From the NCBI GenBank assembly GCA_964543035.1, contig CAZIVL010000001.1, positions 367,736-431,735 of the forward strand: DNA of 64,000 nt, in the 5' to 3' direction. Source of the stretch: an uncultured Gammaproteobacteria bacterium (GTDB lineage Bacteria > Patescibacteriota > Microgenomatia > CAZETR01 > Amesbacteraceae). The stretch's first letter is position 1. Each line of letters opens with the position of its first letter. The translations under genes were made by a program, and so were the position numbers. The notes beneath the pieces were generated by a model, which was given only the letters and a program-made list of their open reading frames with translations, searched no databases and was not told where the DNA came from. Positions 54,617 through 62,124 of this stretch are shown here, piece after piece.

Positions 54617-56245
54617 ATGGCAAACAAACCAGTAGTCCTTACGATTCTCGACGGCTGGGGTATCACCCCTCCCAGCCCTGGCAATGCCATAGCCCAAGCC
54701 AAGACACCCAACATGACCTCCTTCTGGCAGGAGTACACCCACACTCAGCTCATCGCACACGGTGAGTCAGTAGGCCTTCCCAAAAGAGAGCCGGGAAATA
54801 CGGAGACCGGACATCTCAATCTGGGAGCCGGCCGCATCGCCTATCAAGATCTCCCCAGGATAAACATCTCGATTGCCGATGGCTCTTTTTTCCAAAACCC
54901 CGCACTTTTGGCCGCTACCAAACATGTGAGCGATCACAAAAGCAATCTTCACATCTTAAGCCTAGTCGGAGGCGGCGGAGTGCATTCTGATCTATCTCAC
55001 TTTTTTGCTCTCTTGCGACTTTGCCACGAACAAAATATGAAAAACGTTTATCTACACATATTTACCGATGGCCGTGATTCTCCTCCCACTTCTAGTTTGG
55101 ACTATATCAAGCAGCTTCAGGCGGTTATGGCTCGTGAGGGTGTAGGCAAGATCGCCTCTGTGTGTGGTCGGTTTTACGCCATGGACCGGGATTTTCGTTG
55201 GGATCGCACCCAAAAAGCCTACGAGGCCCTAACTGAAGGAAAAGGAAAGACAGCTCCCGATATCGAAACGGCCATCAAAGAAAGCTACAACCAGGATCTC
55301 ACCGATGAGTTTATCGAGCCGACTCTCATAGTAGACGCGGCCAAAAACCCAGTGACAAAAGTAAGTGACAATGATGCTGTGATTTTTGCCAATTTCAGAA
55401 TTGACAGGCCTCGCCAGCTCACCAAAGCCTTTGTTCTTCCAGATTTGGATGCCAAGGGCAACACCATCGATTTTGATCCATATGCCATCCAGTACACAAA
55501 AAAACATGTAGATGAAAAAGACAGTATCCGCCCAAAACCATTTACCAGAAACGTAGTTCTCAAGAATCTTTTTTTTGTCACTCTCACTGAATACGAAAAA
55601 GATCTTCCAGTGCACGCCGCCTTTCCCCCTCAAGTGATCCAAAACACGCTAGGAGAAACTATTGCCAATCACAGTGCAAAACAGCTACACATGTCCGAAA
55701 GCGAAAAAGAGCGTTTTGTAACCTATTATTTCAATGGCCTAAGAGAACAAAGTTTTCCCGGGGAGAACCGCCTCATTATCCCATCGCCCAAAGTGTCCAC
55801 TTACGACAAAAAGCCAGAGATGTCAGCCTTTGAGCTGACAGACCGCCTGATATCAGAAATTAAAAGTGGGACTTATGATTTTATAGTCGTAAATTATGCC
55901 AATGCGGACATGGTCGGTCACACGGGTAATATCAAAGCTACCATTCAGGCTTGTGAGACGGTAGACACCTGCTTGGGAAGACTCAAAGATGCTATTCTCA
56001 CCACAGACGGAGTACTGGTCATAACGGCCGATCATGGCAATGCCGAAGAGATGCTAAATCTAGCCACCAACACGACCGATACCGAGCACAATGCCAACCC
56101 TGTACCTCTAATAATCATTGGTAACCAATTCAAAAATGGTAAACAGTTGCCTCAAGGCATATTGGCAGATGTAGCCCCCACCGTGCTTCAACTTATGACC
56201 ATCCCCATTCCGTTCTCCATGTCCGGCCGCGACCTCCTGGCCTAG
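54617..56245 (+). CDS. gpmI: 2,3-bisphosphoglycerate-independent phosphoglycerate mutase
   Basis: 'PVVLTILDGWG', 'ADMVGHTGN' and 'ITADHGN' iPGM motifs. Confidence 0.9.
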   Translation: MANKPVVLTILDGWGITPPSPGNAIAQAKTPNMTSFWQEYTHTQLIAHGESVGLPKREPGNTETGHLNLGAGRIAYQDLPRINISIADGSFFQNPALLAATKHVSDHKSNLHILSLVGGGGVHSDLSHFFALLRLCHEQNMKNVYLHIFTDGRDSPPTSSLDYIKQLQAVMAREGVGKIASVCGRFYAMDRDFRWDRTQKAYEALTEGKGKTAPDIETAIKESYNQDLTDEFIEPTLIVDAAKNPVTKVSDNDAVIFANFRIDRPRQLTKAFVLPDLDAKGNTIDFDPYAIQYTKKHVDEKDSIRPKPFTRNVVLKNLFFVTLTEYEKDLPVHAAFPPQVIQNTLGETIANHSAKQLHMSESEKERFVTYYFNGLREQSFPGENRLIIPSPKVSTYDKKPEMSAFELTDRLISEIKSGTYDFIVVNYANADMVGHTGNIKATIQACETVDTCLGRLKDAILTTDGVLVITADHGNAEEMLNLATNTTDTEHNANPVPLIIIGNQFKNGKQLPQGILADVAPTVLQLMTIPIPFSMSGRDLLA

Positions 56246-56291
56246 CCCATAGTCTTGATATTCATTTTTTAGAAGCGTAAAATATCCATTT

Positions 56292-56564
56292 ATGATCTCA
56301 GAAGGACCTCGCAGGGGATGGGAACACCGCCAAGTACAAGCAATTGAGGCGGCTTTTGATGATGGAGCTCAAGCAGTTTATCCCATACCTGCACCTGTAT
56401 CATTAGAAAGTTTGCAAGAAATAAACGCAGAGGCACAAGCAAATGGCTTCGAGGTTATTGGACTAGTCCTTCCTGAAGTCGGACCACGTAGTGAGATAGG
56501 TCTAGTCTCAGGAGTGTCTTGGCGTATCGTCCACACAAATCCTAACCCAGATATACAAGAATAG
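56292..56564 (+). CDS. hypothetical protein
   Basis: ORF only. Confidence 0.3.
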   Translation: MISEGPRRGWEHRQVQAIEAAFDDGAQAVYPIPAPVSLESLQEINAEAQANGFEVIGLVLPEVGPRSEIGLVSGVSWRIVHTNPNPDIQE

Positions 56565-57189
56565 TAACCTCGCCCTTGATCTTCATTCCAGTTTGATATT
56601 CCTCAATACTTTCATGTATCTTGGTCAGCTCTTGCGCCACTACGATCTTGGCCTCGGGATATCTCTCTTTTATTTCCTCCAGAGTCTTTTGGGCTCTTTC
56701 GGGGGATTCATAAATAACATTCGTCATCTCAGGCAGCAGTTCCCATTTTTTGTTGAGAAATCCATGGAACACAAATTTGTTGGTAGGCAGTCCCGCGGCG
56801 GACAGTGCGGCAGCCGCCGCAAATGGTCCTGGTATAGGCGAGACCGTGACTGCCGCCTCACGAGCAGCCCGGACGACTTTGAATCCCGGATCAGATAGTA
56901 AGGGAGTCCCAGCATCTGATACCAAGGCTACATCACTTTCCTGCAGCGCCGTCAGTATTTTCGGGACGGTTTCCAGTTCATTAAAATCCCGGACCGATAT
57001 ATATTTCCTCTCAGGAATCTCCCCCGTCAGATTTGTCCCGTATCGCTCCTCCAGTATTTTGAGTAGGTTTCCCGTATGTCTCGTATCCTCACAAGCAATC
57101 ACCGGTGTGCTCAAAAGTATCTTGATCGCCCGTATAGATATATCTTCCAGGTTGCCAACAGGCGTTGCTACTACATATAATGTCCCCAT
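56542..57189 (-). CDS. rsmI: 16S rRNA (cytidine1402-2'-O)-methyltransferase RsmI (short form)
   Basis: 'LYVVATPVGNLEDISIRA...ACEDTRHT' tetrapyrrole-methylase-fold N-terminus. Confidence 0.7.
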   Translation of the reverse strand: MGTLYVVATPVGNLEDISIRAIKILLSTPVIACEDTRHTGNLLKILEERYGTNLTGEIPERKYISVRDFNELETVPKILTALQESDVALVSDAGTPLLSDPGFKVVRAAREAAVTVSPIPGPFAAAAALSAAGLPTNKFVFHGFLNKKWELLPEMTNVIYESPERAQKTLEEIKERYPEAKIVVAQELTKIHESIEEYQTGMKIKGEVTILVYLG

Positions 57190-57844
57190 GCTATCTCAGA
57201 TTATAAAGCCTTTTGAAGATATTCTCCTAAATCTTGCCCACACCATCCCCCTTGAGCTCTTTGTCCCCATTGGTTCTTTTGTAGAAGAAATCGTGGCTCC
57301 CATTCCCTCACCCCTGATTATGATTACCGCTGGATCCATTGCTTCCTTTCAGGGTCGCACCATTGCATCATTATTCGTTCTGTCGCTTTTGGGAGCCATT
57401 GGCAAGACCATAGGCGCCGTCATCCTCTATACACTTGCTGACAAAGGAGAAGATTTTGTCTTCAAACACTTTGGTAAATACCTGGGCTTCAGCCACAAAG
57501 ATGTGGAATCAATTGGTAAGCATTTCAATGGGGGAATCAAAGATGACCTGATTCTCTTGGGTATCAGAAGTTTGCCTATTATCCCAAGTGCTCCAGTCTC
57601 TTTGGTCTGCGGTGTGATCAAGATCAAGTTTCGCACCTTTGTGACCTCTACATTTGTAGGTACCATCATTCGCGACTCGTTGTTTTTATACTTCGGCTAC
57701 AGTGGACTGGCCAGCCTCAATGCCGTCGTTCATGGTGTAGAAGCCTTTGAATCAGTCATGCAGATCGTCATCTTCCTATCTCTTGGCATCCTCATCGGCT
57801 GGGCCTACTATCACCGCCACAAAAGATCAAAAGCAAAAAATTAA
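57188..57844 (+). CDS. DedA/TVP38 family membrane protein
   Basis: 'VEEIVAPIPSPLIMITAGSIA' DedA signature. Internal start chosen because the upstream 5' part of the ORF is antisense to rsmI. Confidence 0.65.
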   Translation: MLSQIIKPFEDILLNLAHTIPLELFVPIGSFVEEIVAPIPSPLIMITAGSIASFQGRTIASLFVLSLLGAIGKTIGAVILYTLADKGEDFVFKHFGKYLGFSHKDVESIGKHFNGGIKDDLILLGIRSLPIIPSAPVSLVCGVIKIKFRTFVTSTFVGTIIRDSLFLYFGYSGLASLNAVVHGVEAFESVMQIVIFLSLGILIGWAYYHRHKRSKAKN

Positions 57845-58476
57845 TTTATCGTTTGATATCTTCGTATTACCCCCACGACTTTCCCCTGTATTTTGACTTT
57901 TGTTACAAATATCGGGGACATGGTGGAGTTGGCTGGTTCCAGTCTGACCCGAGTCGCTTCTTTGAAATATCTTTTCAAAGTGGCAAAACCATTGTCTAGG
58001 AGGGCCACGACCACCTCACCATCGCGGGCTGTCTCTACTTGTTCGATTACTACATAGTCACGGTCAAATATCCCCGCCTCGATCATCGAGTCGCCTTTTA
58101 CTTGCAGTACAAAGCAACGTTTTTTGGATGACACCATAGTAGGAGGCACCGAAAACGTCGCATTGGGATCTGTAAATGGCTCGATCGGTTGGCCAGCCGC
58201 AATAAATCCTAGGACTGGTAGGTCGACCGCCGAGGCTGAAGACATTCTCTCAGCCGCATTCTTATCTAGTATCTCCATGCCGCGCACCGCGCCATCAAAT
58301 CTCTTGATCACGCCTTTTTTCTCCATCGCTTCCAGATGCTCGTGCACTGTAGCCAGAGAGGAGACGCCCAAAGCTTTAGCAATTTCCTGAAGCGTTGGGG
58401 AAAATCCGTGGGATTGGATATATTGAGCGACGAAGTCTAAAATCTGTCTTTGTCTGTTGTAAAGAACCACTGGCAT
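57841..58476 (-). CDS. lexA: LexA repressor
   Basis: N-terminal wHTH 'GFSPTLQEIAKALGVSS', the 'AAGQP' cleavage region, and the 'VKGDSMIEAGI' Ser/Lys-dyad protease domain. Confidence 0.85.
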   Translation of the reverse strand: MPVVLYNRQRQILDFVAQYIQSHGFSPTLQEIAKALGVSSLATVHEHLEAMEKKGVIKRFDGAVRGMEILDKNAAERMSSASAVDLPVLGFIAAGQPIEPFTDPNATFSVPPTMVSSKKRCFVLQVKGDSMIEAGIFDRDYVVIEQVETARDGEVVVALLDNGFATLKRYFKEATRVRLEPANSTMSPIFVTKVKIQGKVVGVIRRYQTIN

Positions 58477-58483
58477 ATGTACA

Positions 58484-58512
58484 ATATAATCCGAATGTTA
58501 CCCAAATGTCAA
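58484..58512 (-). promoter_or_regulatory. sigma70-like promoter for lexA (TTGACA-17-TTATAT on the minus strand)
   Basis: Exact -35 and a good -10 about 8 nt upstream of the lexA ATG. Confidence 0.35.
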
Positions 58513-58522
58513 CACGCAATTT

Positions 58523-58552
58523 GTCATCCTGAACGACAGTGAAGGATCCAGT
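58523..58552. repeat. hairpin repeat family member R5 (GTC-ATCCT-GAACGACAGTGA-AGGAT-CCAG) in the lexA/uvrB divergent intergenic region
   Basis: Same flanks and stem as R3/R4 with a different loop. Confidence 0.6.
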
Positions 58553-58561
58553 TCAAAAACT

Positions 58562-60619
58562 ATGTTTAAATTAAAATCCAACTTCAAACCTACAGGAGAT
58601 CAGCCGGAGGCCATTACCAAGATTGTCCAAAATCTTGCATCTGGTGTAGACAATCAGGTGCTTCTAGGAGTCACAGGTTCTGGCAAGACTTTCACCATGG
58701 CCAATGTCATTGAGGCGTATAAGAAGCCGACTCTGATTATTTCTCACAACAAGACTCTGGCCGCCCAGCTCTATCAGGAGTTCAAAGACTTTTTTCCAGA
58801 CAACGCCGTTTCCTATTTTGTCTCTTACTACGATTATTATCAGCCAGAAGCCTATATCGCCTCCTCAGACACATATATAGAGAAGGAAACCGACATCAAT
58901 GACGAGATAGACAAATTGCGCCTCGCTGCCACGACCAATCTTCTCACTCGTCCGGACACCATCGTCATCGCCTCAGTCTCATGTATTTATAATCTAGGCT
59001 CTCCGGTCGAGTACGGCAAGACTATTTTGGAGCTCAAAGAGGGTCTAAAAGTGGGTAGGGACCAGATCTTGATGCGCTTAAACGAGCTGCAGTACACCCG
59101 CTCTGACTACGACTTTCATCGGGGTACTTATCGCGCCCGCGGTGATCTAATAGATATTTTCCCAGCTTACGAAGACGTCTGTATCCGTATTCATTATCAA
59201 TTAAATAAGATCATTCGCCTGGAAAAACTGAACCCATTGACAGGCGATGTCATCCCGACCAAGACCGTAGGTCGCGCGGAGGGATCCCTCGACTACGCTC
59301 GGGATGACAATAAAAATATCACCATCTATCCAGCCAAGCACTATATAGCTGCCAAAGACAATATCGAAGGTGTGCTTAAGCAGATTTATGACGATATGAC
59401 CATCCAGTACCAGCATTTGATTGATACCAACAAGCCTCTAGAAGCCCATCGCATCAAGCAGCGCGTGACCTACGATATCGAAATGATAAGAGAGCTGGGT
59501 TATGTAAATGGCATCGAAAATTATTCTCGCTATTTTGACGGTCGCAAGCCCGGCGACGCTCCCTACTCACTCTTAGATTATTTCCCCAAGGACTATTTAC
59601 TCATAGTAGACGAGTCGCATATCACCGTGCCTCAAGTCCGCGGTATGTACAACGGAGATCAAGCTCGAAAGAAAAATCTCATAGACTACGGCTTCCGTCT
59701 CCCATCTGCTCTTGATAACAGGCCACTTCGGTTTGACGAATTTATGCGCCGGATGGGCAAAACTGTATATGTGTCCGCTACCCCGGACGAATGGGAAGTC
59801 TCCCAAAGTGCAGGCGAGGTAGTAGAGCAGCTAGTCCGCCCCACGGGTCTCGTAGATCCCGAGATTATTGTCCGCCCGACCAAAGGCCAGATCACAGATC
59901 TGGAGGCGGAGATTGAGAAGAGGGTCGCCAAGGGTCAACGAGTTCTGGTCACTACTCTCACCAAGCGTATGGCCGAAGATCTGGCCAACTATTTGTCCGA
60001 ACATAGTATCAAGGTTCATTATCTTCATGCAGATATTGACACTTTAGAGCGGCTAGATATCTTGTCAGATCTCAGATCCGGCACTTACGACGTAGTCGTA
60101 GGTATCAACCTTTTGCGTGAAGGCCTGGACCTTCCCGAAGTTTCACTGGTGGCGATTCTAGATGCTGATAAAGAAGGTTTCTTGAGATCTCGCACCTCCC
60201 TCGTTCAGACCATGGGTAGGGCTGCTCGTCATGTGGAAGGCCAGGTCATCATGTATGCCGACCGAGTGACCGACTCCATGCGCCATGCTATAGATGAAGT
60301 TAGTCGCAGGCGTGAGTATCAGATCAGTTACAACACCGAGCATGGCATCACCCCGACTTCTATCCAAAAAGCCATTCGCGAGCGGATTGTCGAAAAGTCT
60401 GAGGATTCTCCCATCAAGTTTGATCCCAAACAGATTATTCGCGGCAAGATCGTAGATGCTGCCGATGTGGATATGTCCAAAGTCGAGCAGCTGTTGCCCG
60501 CAGACATGACCAAGCTGATCAAGATCATGACCCGTCAGATGCACACTGCGGCCAAAAACCTAGATTTTGAGACAGCGGCAAAAATCCGCGACCGCCTGCA
60601 AGACATAAAGTCTCTCTAA
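58562..60619 (+). CDS. uvrB: excinuclease ABC subunit B
   Basis: 'GVTGSGKTFT' Walker A, beta-hairpin region, and a C-terminal UVR motif 'AAKIRDRLQDIKSL'. Confidence 0.9.
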   Translation: MFKLKSNFKPTGDQPEAITKIVQNLASGVDNQVLLGVTGSGKTFTMANVIEAYKKPTLIISHNKTLAAQLYQEFKDFFPDNAVSYFVSYYDYYQPEAYIASSDTYIEKETDINDEIDKLRLAATTNLLTRPDTIVIASVSCIYNLGSPVEYGKTILELKEGLKVGRDQILMRLNELQYTRSDYDFHRGTYRARGDLIDIFPAYEDVCIRIHYQLNKIIRLEKLNPLTGDVIPTKTVGRAEGSLDYARDDNKNITIYPAKHYIAAKDNIEGVLKQIYDDMTIQYQHLIDTNKPLEAHRIKQRVTYDIEMIRELGYVNGIENYSRYFDGRKPGDAPYSLLDYFPKDYLLIVDESHITVPQVRGMYNGDQARKKNLIDYGFRLPSALDNRPLRFDEFMRRMGKTVYVSATPDEWEVSQSAGEVVEQLVRPTGLVDPEIIVRPTKGQITDLEAEIEKRVAKGQRVLVTTLTKRMAEDLANYLSEHSIKVHYLHADIDTLERLDILSDLRSGTYDVVVGINLLREGLDLPEVSLVAILDADKEGFLRSRTSLVQTMGRAARHVEGQVIMYADRVTDSMRHAIDEVSRRREYQISYNTEHGITPTSIQKAIRERIVEKSEDSPIKFDPKQIIRGKIVDAADVDMSKVEQLLPADMTKLIKIMTRQMHTAAKNLDFETAAKIRDRLQDIKSL

Positions 60620-60627
60620 GACCTTGT

Positions 60628-61089
60628 CTAATTCACTTTCTTTGAAACACCCCTGTTAATCCAATGAGTCAGAGCACCGTCGATGCCGGCATATGCGGTA
60701 AAAGCTACGGCATACATTCGCATGTTTACAGAAAGCTCGGGATCAATATCAAGGCCAATAAACTTCAGCACATCAGGTCCAGCAAGAGCAGTTGCAATGC
60801 CGAGAACAGTTCTGACAATAGTAACTACCTCATTCAGGCTCATAGTCTGTGTTGTATCGTACTCGGATTTTTTACCCTTTTTAAATTGGTTATAAGTATC
60901 CCAACTAACTGGACTCAATGGTCCAGCAACAATGTATGCCGCAGAAAATACCGCTTTTCCGACAAATCCAATAACCTTAGCAGCAGGTAACAACCTATCT
61001 TCATAAAGACTTTTTGCGGATCTTGATGCGTCAGTCAAATCTTCCTCGATACCATCTCTTAACACCTCGCGAAAGTTTTTGTTCTGCAT
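60628..61089 (-). CDS. hypothetical protein
   Basis: ORF only; lies inside the segment bounded by the uvrB-end direct repeat. Confidence 0.3.
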   Translation of the reverse strand: MQNKNFREVLRDGIEEDLTDASRSAKSLYEDRLLPAAKVIGFVGKAVFSAAYIVAGPLSPVSWDTYNQFKKGKKSEYDTTQTMSLNEVVTIVRTVLGIATALAGPDVLKFIGLDIDPELSVNMRMYAVAFTAYAGIDGALTHWINRGVSKKVN

Positions 61090-61274
61090 GCGTGGATTCT
61101 AGCACCTAGCGTAATTCTTAGCATATCAATACTTTGATCCGTAAAAAATTATGATATACTACAAGACATCAAAAGTTTATAACCAGTTGTAAAGAATTTC
61201 CACACATAACTACAGATCACCCAGACTATATCAAAGCAGAAGGAGTGAGTTTTTTTGCGCAATTACGCGCTCTC

Positions 61275-61415
61275 ATGACCCGCGAGAAACAATGGAAAGG
61301 TGCAGGAAGCGAGAGCTGCATGTTTAAAGGACTTAAAGCTACTACTCGTGTGAGAAGTGGAAAATGTGGTGTTTGCAAAGTAATGGCAGACGTTCAATCA
61401 GTATCACAAACCTAA
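61275..61415 (+). CDS. possible 46-aa Cys-containing small protein (MTREKQWKGAGSESCMFKGLKATTRVRSGKCGVCKVMADVQSVSQT)
   Basis: Short ORF not in the supplied track; has a CxxC; speculative. Confidence 0.15.
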   Translation: MTREKQWKGAGSESCMFKGLKATTRVRSGKCGVCKVMADVQSVSQT

Positions 61416-61447
61416 AATAGTCTTCCCCTCATGAACAAAATCCAAAA

Positions 61448-61786
61448 TTATATAGCCCGGGATTTTAAATACATTGCAAGTGGTACTCCGAGAATGTTCG
61501 CTATACCTTCAAGCAAGTAAAGCGACAACACAGTTCTCGCAATTGTGTCCAATGTGTCATGTACTGGCCCTTCTGGAACCACAGACAGTACCGCAGCGGC
61601 AAAAAAACCCATAACAAGCGGTCTCAATTCACCCAACAACATTCCCAACACCAAATTTGTTGACTCCTTAGATGTGAGCTGTCTGCCTTGGGCTGCATTA
61701 AATACTGATATAGAAAAAACGCTGATCGGAACTAGCGATGCTCCTAGCATTGTGAGACCATTTGCTTCAGACCTATTCTGAGACAT
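61448..61786 (-). CDS. hypothetical small membrane protein
   Basis: ORF with two or three hydrophobic segments. Confidence 0.3.
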   Translation of the reverse strand: MSQNRSEANGLTMLGASLVPISVFSISVFNAAQGRQLTSKESTNLVLGMLLGELRPLVMGFFAAAVLSVVPEGPVHDTLDTIARTVLSLYLLEGIANILGVPLAMYLKSRAI

Positions 61787-61837
61787 TGTCCAATTTTATG
61801 GGTTGCTTTTAGAATTTTCAACACTCGTATGCACGAA

Positions 61838-61884
61838 GCTGCCAAAAAATCCGCGACCGCCTGCAAGACATCAAATCTTTGTAA
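61838..61884 (+). repeat. duplicated uvrB 3' end fragment (would encode AAKIRDRLQDIKSL* after a 1-nt frameshift)
   Basis: 28-nt exact match 'caaaaatccgcgaccgcctgcaagacat' to 60579..60606, with flanking similarity including the stop codon. Confidence 0.7.
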
Positions 61885-62124
61885 AAAGATCTTGACACGG
61901 TTTGCAAATCCTGGCATAAAAATCAGATGCTGGTTGAATCCCTCTTTCAAAAACCTCCGCAACCACCAGTTATAAGACAACCTGAAAGACCACTTCCGTC
62001 TGTTATAAGACCTCCTCATCAAACACAACAAGTCCACAAAAAACACGTACCCCAGACCGGAAAAAGAAACCCACGCGGGTCTTGAACAAAACCCGAAGAG
62101 TGTATACAATAGTAAGTCGATTGT

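Noticed and set aside
56750-57187. N-terminal 146 aa of the listed ORF 56750..57844
   Set aside because: This part is antisense to rsmI. The DedA homology starts at the internal Met (57188), so the upstream extension is not coding.
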